From Octopus vulgaris (lineage: Eukaryota), in NCBI GenBank assembly GCA_951406725.2, contig OX597828.1, positions 19,530,001 to 19,594,000 on the forward strand: 64,000 nucleotides of DNA. The letters run 5' to 3'. The notes beneath the pieces are model-generated. The model saw only the letters and a list, made by a program, of their open reading frames with translations, ran no database searches and was not told the DNA's origin. The translations under genes were made by a program, and so were the position numbers. Positions 40,926 to 55,604 of the stretch are shown one piece after another (positions within the stretch are counted from its first letter, which is position 1; every line of letters starts with the position of its first letter).

Positions 40926-41709
40926 ACACACACACACACACACGCATACACACGCACGCACACACACACACACACACACACATGCACACACACACACACA
41001 CACATATATATGTATTTATATATTTATATATTTATATATATATATGTATAAACATCTTTTTCTCTCTCTCCTCTTTCCTTCTGTCTTTACACATACACAC
41101 ACAGGCTCGCACACATATGCACACACACACACACGTACACACACACACGCACGCACACACACACGCACACAAACACACACACACACACACACGCACACAC
41201 ACATACACACATACATACACACACACAAACACACACACACACACACGCATACACACACACACATGCGCGCGTGCACACACACACACAAACGCACGCACAC
41301 ACACGCACACACACACACACACACACAACACACACACACACGCGCACACACACACACACGCTCGCACACACACACACACACACACGCACACACACACACA
41401 CACACACACGCACACACACACACACACACACAAACATATATATATATATATATCTCGATGTTTCGAGCGTATGAATTATATAAGAGTAAGACGGATTATA
41501 ATCCTATGTTGAAAGGTCTTAATGCGGTCATGAACCGAAATAAGTTCGGATTCTTCGGTTGACGGCAGCCAACCTCAAGAAACGTTTAGGTATGAATAAA
41601 TAATCTGGTTTACAAGCAGAAAATTATAACAGTCAAAAGTTAGTGCATATTACTAATGCAGCTGAATATTGAGTGCTCGAAGTTTTCTCACAGCCATATG
41701 GTTATGCAA

Positions 41710-41742
<33 letters not shown>

Positions 41743-41743
41743 C

Positions 41744-41789
<46 letters not shown>

Positions 41790-41791
41790 AC

Positions 41792-41827
<36 letters not shown>

Positions 41828-41905
41828 CTATTAAACTCGTTGTGTACAGGTGCGCTACAGTTCTTGTATACAATACTCAGGACCATACCTACACACACAC
41901 ACACA

Positions 41906-41997
<92 letters not shown>

Positions 41998-42019
41998 CAC
42001 ACACATATCTATCTATGAA

Positions 42020-45000
42020 ACAACAAGAGAAAAGATACCCACCACTATAGAACTGCCAGAAGGCTACAAACTCTATGTAATGGTAGAGTGCAGGCGATCA
42101 CGTTGCTATCTATCCGGAAGCGAAATACATTTGAAAAAGAAGTGTCCAACCACTGCACAACAAGTGCAACAACAACAACAACAACCACTACCACGACCAA
42201 AACACTCCGAGAAAAAAGCACAACTACCCACACCACCAACAACAGCAAAAACTAAAGGAACAGAAAAACAAAAAAATATACATAAACTGATTCCCCATCC
42301 CCTATACCGCACACACCACACACAAACACTCAACAACCAGCAGCAACGAAAACAACAACACAACCACTTACATAAACATACATAGAAGCCTACAACATAC
42401 CCCTACCCCATTCTGATTCCTCAGAAATTTCGTCGGAAGACGAAACTAGTGAGGAATGGCAAATAGCCAGAAAAGGAAGGAAAAAAATAGCAGAAAAACA
42501 ACCAAACCAAATGCAAACACAAAGCAGGGGGATATACATCTCCCGAAGGCATTTCGAAACGCACCACAAACAACAGCCACACCAACACCACAAAAATATA
42601 TACAGCAAACATGCTCACAGCTATAGACACCAAAAACACAAATTTGATGGAATACATCAAATCAAAAACAAACATAACAGAAGATGACATAAAAACAAAC
42701 AATCACCCATACACAACACCACCGGATCACATCAAAATACTACATATCTCCAGAAGTCTGCACCACACACTAAAAGACATTTCCCCATACGGTTGGTAAA
42801 TGCCAAAAATACCTCACAAAGAAACTTTACTGGGATCTCCTCGAGGACAAACCAAAGATGGAGAAAGCAAAAACTTTCGAGCAGTAAGTAACCCTCTGTT
42901 CCTTTCCCTTGTATTCTAATTCACTAAGATTATGATCAAGCTTGGTTGTGTAAATGCGCGTGGCTTGGGGTCCCCTTGGAAACAAGGGTACCACTTAGAT
43001 GACATAAAGTCACACAAGTTAGAAATCATAGCCATAAGTGAGACCAGGCTCCACAAGTACCGGTAGTGGCACCACGGTACTTTTTCGCAAGAGTCTGGAT
43101 CTCAAAGTAAAGACAATATTCGTAATCCGGAGGGTAGACTGGTCGTTCTGGATGTCGACGGCAGCAATGGGTGCGCTTTTCGACTCGTATCAGTCTACGC
43201 ACCGCCGTTAACAGGTCGGGCGGATTTCTTTCGACGTCTAGAAGTATTCCTGGGAATGTCTCGCCCTTTACTCTTAGTGGGGGATTGGAATGCTACCTTG
43301 GACACGCATTTAGACTACGTGGGCAAAGATAGGAATAGACGGGGATGCAAATGCCTCAGAGATCTGCTCAGACGCTTTCAGCTGTCTGACAGGTACCGAC
43401 TCGACCACACTAATGCGCCAACGTGGACATGGAGCAACCGCTTGGATCGTCGAGATCGTATCTAGATAGGATACTGTGTAGGACAGTAGACAGAGTTAGC
43501 GTAGGGTGTCTACAATTCCACATAGTCAGCTACACGGATCACAAACTTGTGACATGTACGCTAGACTTAGGTAAACACATAGGCAGGGTCCCGTATACTG
43601 GAAACTAAACGCGTCTTTCCCATCGAGACAGGTTTTCAGAGACCGGATAAGTACACTAGTAAAGAGGGCTTTGACGGGAGCCATCCTCAACAACAAATGG
43701 TGGTTTGCCCTCAAAGCAGAAGCGATTAGGTACAGCAAAGCACTAGCCGTAGATAGAAACAGAGTAGAGGGTGAGGCTAGTTAAGAAGCTAGAAGAGGCA
43801 ATTAGAAACGGCAATCGCATCCGACGTTTTGGCGCGCGAGGTTGGCCCTCGACTAACACTTCAACGCCAAACACGAAGGTGTGTTGTCAGAGCTAGGATG
43901 CGTGCTCTAAGGAACGAAGGTGTTGGAGCTGCGCGAGAGGCCCGAGTGGCAGAGGTGCAACAGGGCAACAAAGCCACCATTCGGTCTCTTGGTAGATGAA
44001 CAGGGGCGCGAATTACTCGAGCCAAGTAAAATGTGTGAGGCCTTTCAACAGCATTTTGCCCGACTGTTCGGGACGAGTGGCGGTCAAGAACATAGGGTGG
44101 ACTTCAGTGCCTACCAACACAGCCTGCCACGACTCTCGACAAGAGAGGCAAGGCGCTGTGAAGGTGTCATCACGGCGGCGGAAGTGCAGGACGCGATGGC
44201 AGAATGCTCGAGGGACAAATCGCCGAGTTTGGATGGTCTACCCAACAAGCTTTACAGTTGTATGCCAAACTTGTTTGGAGACGTCTTGGCAGCGGTGTAC
44301 TGCAACTGGCAGAAAAACGTGAGCATCCCTGGTTTTGTGAGCCGTAACACTGATGATGAAAGATCTAAACAAGGGGGATGTAATAGATAACTTTAGACCC
44401 ATCACTCTGCTTAATGCAGACTTGAAAATTTTGGCCAAGGTGTTAGCCAAAAGGTTGGCACTTGTCATCGAGGAACTGGTCGACAAGGCGCAAACGTGCA
44501 CCGTGTCGGGGAGCATCCATGACAACCTCCATCTGATGCGCTACATCATGGACAGGATAGTTAAGGAACCTGAATGGGTGGGGCGCTGATCAATTTGGAT
44601 CAATCGAAAGCTTTAGATTGGGTAGACCATCGATACTTGGAGGCTGTCCTCAGAGCGGCTGGTTTCGGTCCCGTCTTCCGCGGCTGGATAGCCGCTTTGT
44701 ACAGAGGTATCCGCTCGGTAATTCGCGTAAATGGACATCTATCGAGACCTTTCGACATTGCACGTTCGGTCCATCAGGGATGCCTCCTCTCGTCGCTTCT
44801 CTACGTATGGACTCTCGAGCCATTATTGCGGAAGCTGGCAACTCTGAGGGGCATCCCGCGAGAATCGGGATGCGGGACGACGTCACCGTCATAGTGTCTA
44901 GCCACGAGCACATCGAGCTGGTCGGCGAGAAACTGAAAGACTACGAAGAGGTGACAGGAGCGAAAATCAACCGGGAAAAGTCAGTGGGCTTGCAGCTCGG

Positions 45001-46285
45001 CACCTGGAGAAGCAAGCCCATGCCGTCCACCAGCGCCTCCGTCGCGGGACGCTGGGCCGACGGTCCGGTCGAGTTGCTCGGGGTCTGGTTTGGTCCGGAT
45101 CTCCAAATGGAGAAAAACTGGATCCATTTGCTGTCAACACCCGTTAAAAGGAGGACTGGGCATGCCGTGGTTGATGATGCGCAGACACGCTCTGAGACTG
45201 CGACATCTCAGGCTCTATGTAGACGACGGTGAACAGGTGTGGTCACCGTTTGTGAAGCACGGCATCATTCCCGCAACTCGTCAGAATGCTCGAGGGACAA
45301 ATCGCCGAGTTTGGATGGTCTACCCAACAAGCTTTACCATGCTGCTTAATGCAGACTTGAAAATTTTGGCCAAGGTGTTAGCCAAAAGTCGTGGATCAAC
45401 CGTGTCGGGCCGGAAAGACAACCTCCATCTGATGCGCTACATCATGGACAGGATAGTTAAGGAACCTGGAATGGGTGGGGCTCTGATCAATTTGGATCAA
45501 TCGAAAGCTTTAGATAGGGTAGACCATCGATACTTGGAGGCTGTCCTCAGAGCGGCTGTTTTCGGTCCCGTCTTCCGCGGCTGGATAGCCGCTTTGTACA
45601 GAGGTATCCGCTCGGTAATTCGCGTAAATGGACATCTATCGAGACCTTTCGACATTGCACGTTCGGCCCATCAGGGATGCCTCCTCTCGTCGCTTCTCTA
45701 CGTATGGACTCTCGAGCCATTATTGCGGAAGCTGGCAACTCTGAGGGGCATCCCGCGAGAATCGGGATGCGGGACGACGTCACCGTCATAGTGTCTAGCC
45801 ACGAGCACATCGAGCTGGTCGGCGAGACACTGAAAGACTACAAAGAGGTGACAGGAGCGAAAATCAACCGGGAAAAGTCAGTGGGCTTGCAGCTCGGCAC
45901 CTGGAGAAGCAAGCCCATGCCGTCCACCAGCGCCTCCGTCGCGGGACGCTGGGCCGACGGTCCGGTCGAGTTGCTCGGGGTCTGGTTTGGTCCGGACCTC
46001 CAAATGGAGAAAAACTGGATCCATTTGCTGTCAACACCCGTTAAAAGGAGGACTGGGCATTCCGTGGTTGATGATGCGCAGACACGCTCTGAGACTGCGA
46101 CATTTCAGGCTCTATGTAGACGACGGTGAACAGATGTGGTCACCGTTTGTGAGGCACGCATTCCCGCAACTCGTCTCCATGCAGTCGTGGATCAAAAAGA
46201 GGGCGAAGAAGGGCGATTGGCACCGCGAGTGTCGCGTTGCTCTCAAGCAACTATGCCGTCCCGGGTCGACCTTGAGTGACTTCAA
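42020..46285 (+). mobile_element. L1/Tx1-like LINE relic (ORF1 end, APE endonuclease, RT) with internal duplication
   Basis: ORF1 knuckle RCYLSGSEIHLKKKCP. ORF2 starts at 42932 with MIKLGCVNARGLG, followed by ISETRL, VGDWNA, SYLDRI, TDHKLV and YWKLN. RT motifs are KSPSLDGLP, NFRPITLLNADLKILAK, LDQSKALDRVDHRYL and SVHQGCLLS. Multiple frameshifts; 3'-truncated against a SINE fragment. Confidence 0.92.
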
Positions 46286-46410
46286 CTCACAAGGCTTTGG
46301 TCGACCCGAGGCTATAGTAGAAGACACTTGTCCAAGGTGCCACGCAGTGGGACTGAACCCGGAACCATGTGGTTGGTAAACAAGCTACTTACCACACAGC
46401 CACTCCTACG

Positions 46411-46413
<3 letters not shown>
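46286..46413 (-). mobile_element. Family-A SINE 5' half
   Basis: tRNA-like head only, abutting the LINE. Confidence 0.85.
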
Positions 46414-46467
<54 letters not shown>

Positions 46468-46509
46468 CAATAATAAATCTCTAAACGAGATATAAACAGT
46501 AACTGCTCT

Positions 46510-46752
46510 ATAACATAAGGGGCATCAGCCATCTGAATGTGGCTAGGGACAGGGCAGGGTGGTGGGGGTGTTACTGATGCATTTAGCCCCAGGCGATCAT
46601 CGACGTCACCAGGAGGGCTGACACCATCTCGGTGTCGGTGTCAGCCCTCCTGGTGACGTTGATGATCGCCTGGGGCTAAATGCATCAGTAACACCCCCAC
46701 CACCCTGCCCTGTCCCTAGCCACATTCAGATGGCTGATGCCCCTTATGTTAT
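46510..46752. repeat. GC-rich near-perfect palindrome (116-bp arms, 11-nt spacer) between (TA)n tracts
   Basis: 46510-46625 / 46637-46752, with one mismatch seen. Confidence 0.95.
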
Positions 46753-47526
46753 TATATATATATATATATATATATAAGCACACACACACACACACCAATG
46801 TAACGACACATGTACTTTTCTCGGACTATTCTTTTTGTTCTCTTTGGATTTTTCCCTCTTTTCTCTTTCTGATGAAGAAACCAAGTTCGAGATGTCACAC
46901 CACTTTTTTTCTTTTTCCCATTTTAAACTTTCTCTGAGCAGCATCAATCTAATATATTATCTGTGTAGGTCCTTTTGACTTTTGTTGTCTTCCTTGTTCT
47001 TGTTTTTGATTTAGGTTTGCCGAAGCACACACGCACGAACACACACACGCACACACACACACACATACACACACACATGCACACAGAGAAACACACGCGC
47101 ACGCACACACACATATACATAGTACGAATTTATAGAAAAGAGAAGACGAAGACAGGCGAAGGAACAACAACTAGGTGTATTAGTTTGATGCTCAGGAAGA
47201 ATGGAAAAGTGTTTAAATACACACACACATACACAAACATACACGCACATATATGCATGTATATATATACATAAATATGCATACACACATCATTATACAT
47301 ATCTAAAAATTGTTTTCACTGTTCTGATACTTAAGAATTCATGCTAATGGATATCAGTGTTTTTTCAACCAGCATTCACAAATGGTGAAACACCATTATA
47401 GATGATGGGAGAATAGTGAGTACGAAACCTCAGGTAGCAGAAAGATAAAAAAAATTTTTATTAGAAAATATTGTTTATCCAACTTCCCGGACTCGGAGTT
47501 CAATAATGATACAATCTGTTTCTTAC

Positions 47527-47566
<40 letters not shown>

Positions 47567-47808
47567 AGAGTTAATCAAATATATTCAATGTGAATAGGGT
47601 ATACTGAATTTTGAATAAGTGCTCTTGGTAAGGAAATATCTAAAACCTTAAAGGTATTTAGAGATTTAAAGATTTAATAAGAGAGATTATATGTTATAAA
47701 GTAAGAGCAGGAAAAATTACATCAAAAAAACATGATATACGTCTATAATATAAATAATATTGTATTAATAGATAAATATATAAAGTATGATTATTTAAAA
47801 TATTTGAG

Positions 47809-47902
47809 ATATGTTACAATCGTTTCATGAATTTATTACCCTTCGAAATGAAATCAAAAATTGATAATCATTATTAGGTAATACATCCACTCGTCAGAGA
47901 AA
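47809..47902 (-). ncRNA. Decayed HHR with long stem II
   Basis: CTGACGA GTGGAT g TATTACC..GGTAATA a ATTCAT GAAA C gatt G TA. Stem I is eroded. Confidence 0.5.
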
Positions 47903-48138
47903 AGGATGAATTTCCGTGTATTCAATCCGCCGGCCGCCAACACTTATTCCTGCAAAATAGGGGTAGCTTATCCTGTTCAGGCTATATTATTAGCATTATC
48001 CAGCGTTTGAGAATTTAAAATCACTTCTTTAACTTTCTAAGACATCTCAACGCTTCCAAAGCGAACTTTGTTTGTTTACGTTCATCGTAATTTGAATTTA
48101 ACACACACACACACACACACATACACACACACACACGC

Positions 48139-48221
<83 letters not shown>

Positions 48222-48273
48222 TAAAATAAAGTGAACATGTAAACACATAAGGAATCCACTTATGGGATTCATC

Positions 48274-48465
48274 ACGCTAGAAAGAACAGCTAGGTTCCAA
48301 AACCACAAAATTAGGGATAAAATCCCGAAAGGAACGAAATGACAAAATAAAAACTTTTACCATCAACATTAGGGATAAATTTTTTCATTTTTATTTTCAT
48401 TTCGTTCCTTTCGGGAATTTATCCCTAACTTTGTGGTTTTGGAACCTAGCTGTTCTTTCTAGCGT
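48274..48465. repeat. Inverted repeat (~80-bp arms)
   Basis: acgctagaaagaacagctaggttccaaaaccacaaa.. / ..tttgtggttttggaacctagctgttctttctagcgt. Confidence 0.9.
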
Positions 48466-48580
48466 TTAAATGTACACTGTATTTTATGAGTAATACATAG
48501 TCTTTGGATTAAATTTTTATATGCTAGGCCACTGGAAGTGAAAATCTCTATTAATTTCCATTTCTCTTCGATATGATTAA

Positions 48581-48631
<51 letters not shown>

Positions 48632-48663
48632 CATATATATATATGTATATATGTATATATGTA

Positions 48664-48705
<42 letters not shown>

Positions 48706-48983
48706 TATATATATATGTCAAATCGGCAGAAATTCGTGTACAGAAACGATTATATAACTGAGAGTGAAATGTATATGGATGGTTTTTACCTGTTGCAGAG
48801 GTTACACTTTGGTAACCATTGTGGAACTGTGAAATGATTCAGTTCGGGAAGATTCCATTCCCATATATAAACTCCGTTTTCGTCGACAGTGAAACAAGTT
48901 CCTCACACCTGAAAAAAAATATAAATTGATAATTAGCAATTTGCTTGAGGAACAGAAAATGTATATACATACTGCTAAGTGTG

Positions 48984-49025
<42 letters not shown>

Positions 49026-49029
<4 letters not shown>

Positions 49030-49228
49030 ACGGATCGTGGGAAGACCAGAACAATGCGAAGTAAATGCAAGGCAAATCAAATGTATGAATTAATGTAGGC
49101 TTGCCCTGCATTCAGTACCCCGAAATATTGAATGCAGGTCAAGTCTACATTAATCCATATATTAGTTTTCTTGTGATTTGCCTCGCATTTACTTCGCATC
49201 GTTATGGCCTTGCCCACGATCCTTTATA
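49026..49228. repeat. Diverged fold-back between (TA)n tracts
   Basis: Arms ggatcgtggg..ctgcattcagta / tattgaatgcag..cccacgatcc around ccccgaaa. Confidence 0.85.
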
Positions 49229-49265
49229 CAATATATTCTACACAATGCTTCAAAGTAAATATTCC

Positions 49266-49347
<82 letters not shown>

Positions 49348-49414
49348 TAAAAACGGTAAGATAACAAAAGAAAAAAAGAGACCTCAATATTATGTAAATA
49401 GAGGAAATTTATCT

Positions 49415-49609
49415 ATAAAATAATATGTTACAATTACTCAATAGTCAAGATAAAACTCTGAGTTTCAGATGCCGAAGTGGAAATCCACAACACCATCTCT
49501 TCGGTTATCTGGCCAGATAACCGAAGAGATGGTGTTGTGGATTTCCACTTCGGCATCTGAAACTCAGAGTTTTATCTTGACTATTGAGTAATTGTAACAT
49601 ATTATTTTA

Positions 49610-49610
<1 letters not shown>
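49415..49610. mobile_element. Perfect 196-bp palindrome (PLE-like terminus) with an HHR-like motif in each arm
   Basis: 98-bp arms with no spacer, centred on GG|CC (49512/49513). + strand 49515-49577 reads agataa CCGAAGA GATG..CATC t GAAA CTCaGAG TT ttatct. Confidence 0.9.
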
Positions 49611-49677
<67 letters not shown>

Positions 49678-50215
49678 TGTATGTATGTATGTATGTATAT
49701 GCGAATGAATGAGCTAAGGAAAGAAAATAGATTCGAAGACATTCAATTAGAGTTATATGCATTTGGTAGGTAGAGCAGAGTGAATTTCATATTATATGTA
49801 ATGTTATAATAAATGTATCTCTTAAAAAGCGTAAGAGACTCCAACGAATATATCAATTCCTTGAACGATGTTTTTCTGTATGTCTGCATTTGAAGAAATA
49901 TAACTTGTTTGAATTGAAAAGTTGACCAACAGACACTTTGTAAACCATTAATATCTTGTCAACATCTCTGCTTGACATCTAATTGTTGTAAAGTTGGTTA
50001 TCTCCCTTGTCTTTTCCTTTTTGTCTTCTGATTTATTATTTTTTTTTTTACCAGCATCTCTTGTTTAAACGTTGTCTTCTCAAAAGAGAACTGACAAACG
50101 GTCTTGTTCTAAACTTGATAAATGGCGAAATAAATTATTATTTCGACCAGAAAATTATTTTAACATTATCTTTACTCTCTTAGCTGATCGCGTGCTTTTC
50201 TACTCGTTGAACCAT

Positions 50216-50298
<83 letters not shown>

Positions 50299-50617
50299 GA
50301 TCTTGTGCAATTGCAGATGAAATTCAGAGTAGCAAGCAATCAGGCTGTTACACACACGATCGTTAGATCGTGGGTTCGATTCTCTGACCGAATGGTGCGT
50401 TGTGTTCTTGAGCAAAACTCTTCATTTCACGTTTCTCCAGTCCCCCTTTCGTTCAAGATGAATGTTGACCAGCTTGTTTATCCAGCGCGGTAGCATCATT
50501 CAAAGACTAAAACGTTGTAAAGCGCATTGTGACTAGCGATGTGTAACACCACCTGATAGATCGGTCGGTCACGTGGTCATACATACATACATATATCTAT
50601 GTGTGTGTGTATGTAAG

Positions 50618-50683
<66 letters not shown>

Positions 50684-51564
50684 CACACTGAGTATATATG
50701 TATATAACACACTGTAAGTGAATGAACGATGTTATGACTCTTCGTACAACAATGAAACATAATTGCCTGCAATAAATGTGTTAAGGCAATGCTAACTTTG
50801 CAAAATAGAGAAGTACCATATACGTAAAATAAATGCAATCAGCTACTGCTAGAAGATGGTAGGTGTACACCTCCTTGCTTGTAATATATGTCGGGTGCAA
50901 ATTACATCGATAGCCAGCTGGAGGAGACTCCTCTTGGGGTTAAAAACGGTAGTAACGTCGATTCCTGGAGAAGAGCCGTATTGATGTGATGATAAACATT
51001 TCTTCTCGGTATAATAACTACTCCCATCTCTTATAGAGATTATTTAATATAAAAATGCAGTCACGGAAAAGGATTCTTCCCAGTAAATTTCTGATTATTT
51101 TGCCAAACGTTCATAACACAACGTGAAGATAACCCTATCCCACGAAAACCCAGTCTTAAATCTGGATTCAAGAAATCTTGCGATATTATACAAATTGATG
51201 AATATCTATCCGTCATGAAACTTGAAGTAATAGAAACGTAGTAAACATCAACACTGATAACGAAGAATGAAAGCGTGGACACACGTCAAACAATGTTAGG
51301 AAAACGAGGATGCAGATAGGTGTTACCAAAGGTCAGTGGGAAAACAACTGGTTTTGAACGAATATGCATTTATTTATTGAGAGAAGGTTGATTTAACTAA
51401 TAATGTGGGACACATTGTATATAAGTACAAACCTTGAAAACCTCACGCACTAAAATGAAAAATATATAATAAATACAGATTTTCCCCCACACTCAGTTTG
51501 AAAGTACTGTGCCTTCGTTTGCGCAGTATTAAAAAAGTATGGACCAAAGCTGTGTCTGCTTTAT

Positions 51565-51689
<125 letters not shown>

Positions 51690-51857
51690 AAATATATATC
51701 ATATCTATTATATATATATATATATTTGTCGGTGTACTTCTGTCTGTGATCGTATGTGCTTTGCTTGTATATCTGTATAATATACTCTGTACCAAGTGTT
51801 GAGTACTCTCTTCTTTTTTGTTCATGACAAACTGAATACAAGTATAAATCTATCTAT

Positions 51858-52005
<148 letters not shown>

Positions 52006-52315
52006 ATGTTATACATGTACGTATATACACACGTACTCACAGATATATGCTCTTACAAGCACGCACAGGCAACTATATATTTCATTCATTCGTACCTACA
52101 GATCCACACACAAAATCTGTGAATTAGAAGCCACAGGCGATGAAAGAAGAACCTACTAATACGGTTGATAGATTGTAGTTTCGCGCCATAACGTCAGTGG
52201 AGGGACGTGACATTTTCACCCAGAATGTATGGACCAATTAAATATATCTAGATTCTATAGAATACATATCGATATCCAGTCAATCGGCTGTTTCCTATTG
52301 CTAGGAGTGACAAAA

Positions 52316-52361
<46 letters not shown>

Positions 52362-52556
52362 CATACGTACAAATATATGTGTGTGCGTATGCATATATAA
52401 ATGTATATATATATATACGTATATATTATATGTATGTCTATTTATATGCATAAAGATATGTATATATATGCATATATATATACATATCTATATATATATA
52501 TATGCATATATATCTACATCTATCTATCTATATATATGCATATGTATATATATATA

Positions 52557-52694
<138 letters not shown>

Positions 52695-52955
52695 CGTATG
52701 TATGTACTGTAAAAAGAAATCATTATACTTTCCTTTGTTGCATATTTTCTACATGATTTTAAAATGGCGTCCTACGGTGCAACTCAATTGTTGACAGTAC
52801 GTCTTTTGTTCCGATCTCATTATTTGCGAATTGTGCAAAATTAGCCGATCCGTTGCCGCTATGTCCTTTTGTGCGTGTCACCCTCTGTTTATTCCCTTTC
52901 TTGTTCTATCTCAACGCGTTTTCTTTCTTTCTTTTTTAACTTTCTTTCTTTCTTA

Positions 52956-53007
<52 letters not shown>

Positions 53008-53107
53008 TCTTTCATTCTTTCTTTCTTTCGCTGTGTCCTCCATCTTCCTCTCTCGCTTTACTCATTCCTTTTATATATATTTGTATATATATGTACACAT
53101 ATGAATA

Positions 53108-53147
<40 letters not shown>

Positions 53148-53320
53148 TATATTCATATACATACATATTCTCACATTAACATTTATACATACATAGATAG
53201 ATAGATACATACATACATACAAATATGCAAACATGTATATATACGTACAGCGTACATAAGTCTGAACATAAATCTCAATATATTTTCCATATATTTTGCT
53301 TCGTTTGCTCCTTTTCATTG

Positions 53321-53428
<108 letters not shown>

Positions 53429-53517
53429 CCATTATACAAGTATCACGCTTTTTCATAATCTTTCATACTCTCTCCCATTCTTTTTGCTGATTCTATGTTT
53501 GCATCGTCGTCGTCACT

Positions 53518-53549
<32 letters not shown>

Positions 53550-53551
53550 GC

Positions 53552-53611
<60 letters not shown>

Positions 53612-53625
53612 CATTATTATCATCA

Positions 53626-53711
<86 letters not shown>

Positions 53712-53714
<3 letters not shown>

Positions 53715-53902
53715 GCGTGCTTTCACTTCACTACCGAGCACAGCTCTGTGTGCCTTGGGTTTGTGCTGTGATTTGTTGTGATGCTCTGATGGTTATTGTG
53801 TTGTTATTCCATAATGTTGGCATAGCTTCCAATGTATGTAAGTTCCAACTCTGTCATGTCTGTGAATATATTCCTTCTTAGCCAGGACTGGGCAGCTAGA
53901 GA

Positions 53903-53903
<1 letters not shown>
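53712..53903 (-). mobile_element. Internally deleted R4/Dong-like derivative in (AAT)n
   Basis: Matches both ends of 6731-7354 but lacks ~415 bp (about 6835-7251). Confidence 0.9.
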
Positions 53904-53956
<53 letters not shown>

Positions 53957-54410
53957 CATCATCCACCATTCAAGCTGGTATCAAATTTCCTTTTCTGCTT
54001 CCTAAAGCAATATTTCGTACCGCAAAAATAAATAAATAGATCCTGTCAATTGTGCTTCTTTCAGTTTTTTTTTGTATCATCTTTCTTTCACTTTCTACAT
54101 GTCTCATTCACTTGACTGCGGCCATGCTTGAGCACCACTTTGAAGTACGTATTTTTTTGCTATAAGTCTAGTACTTATTCTATCGGTATCTTTTGCCGAA
54201 TCGCTAAATTATGGAGACGCTTTCAAACAAACCAACACCGGTTGTTACGCGGTGAAGTGAGACACATTCCCAACTTCAGGCTCTCAGACATGCAGTCTTC
54301 TCACTGCAGCTAATATGTTTCAGTGGTTGCTGTATCTTGGAGGTGGCTGTTCGCATGTTGCGTTCACTTAACTCATGGTTCTTTCTTCTTATTGAGAAAT
54401 ACGACAGAAA

Positions 54411-54826
54411 TAAGGCGGCGAACTGGCAGAATCGTTAGCACGCCGGGCGAAATGCTTAGCAGTATTTCGTCTGCCGCTACGTTCTGAGTTCAAATTCCGC
54501 CGAGGTCGACTTTGCCTTTCATCCTTTCGGGGTCGATTAAATAAGTACCAGTTACGCACTGGGGTCGATATAATTGACTTAATCCGTTTTTCTGTCCTTG
54601 TTTGTCCTCTCTGCGTTTAGCCCCTTGTGGGTACTAAAGAAATAGGTATATCGTCTGCCGCTACGTTCTGAGTTCAAATTCCGCCGAGGTCGACTTTGCC
54701 TTTCATCCTTTCGGGGTCGATTAAATAAGTACCAGTTACACACTGGGGTCGATATAATCGACTTAATCCGTTTGTCTATCCTTGTTTGTCCTCTCGGTGT
54801 GTAGCCCCTTGTGGGTAGTAAAGAGA
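54411..54826 (+). mobile_element. Family-B SINE dimer
   Basis: Two units with flanking direct repeat gaaatacgacag (54396-54407 and 54829-54840). Confidence 0.9.
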
Positions 54827-55604
54827 TTGAAATACGACAGTGTCTCCCGCTAAGACAACGCAGATACGCAGAAACCACAATGTCAAAAACAAATAAATAA
54901 GTAAAGGAAATAAGATAGACAGCTGCTGGAACACTTGTTCGCAAGTATACTGCATCAGGGTTGACCTGGGGCTAAACAGAAACAAGAAAAAGAAGAACAA
55001 CAATAAAAACACTGAACGTGCTATGGGAATGGTAAAATCAACGTGAACAAGTCCCAGGTATCTGTGCTCTTAGTTAACCCATATTTTGTTCACAATGTCT
55101 CTGATTCAATCAGTCTTTATTATTCCCTTGTAGTCTCTTTTTAATCCAATTAAGTTCATTCTTCATAATCTTTTCCCTGTCAAAACCTCTAATTTAACTT
55201 CATTACCAGATTTCTTTTTACTCCTGATCTTTTCTCTGCTCTTGCCTTAGAACTCTAAGAATTTTTAGTGCTCTTGTTTTTCTTCTTTTCGTTCTTAGCA
55301 TGTTGTACATTGTATATGGCCGCCATTATACGTATGTCGTTCATTTTTTTTAATACTATTCGTAGTTTGAGAAATATATCGGAAGTTTACTTCTGTACAT
55401 AACGAAAAAAAAAAAAGGAATAAAAAATATGTACATCTTTGAGAACATGTATAGAAGTGATTATGGTTAAGAAATTATTGGTCTTATCTTTATATGTAGC
55501 TTGAAAAATAAATATAACATTAACTTCCTTCACACACAAATAAAGAAAAAAAACCCAATGAGCTACATGTTGGAAATATGCATAAAAAATGTTCACAGAT
55601 TAAC

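Noticed and set aside
46864-46900. HHR at CTGATGA agaaac caa gttc GAGA TG TC
   Set aside because: The GAAA box is mutated and stem I is unpaired. It is probably a decayed relative and is not reported as a feature.
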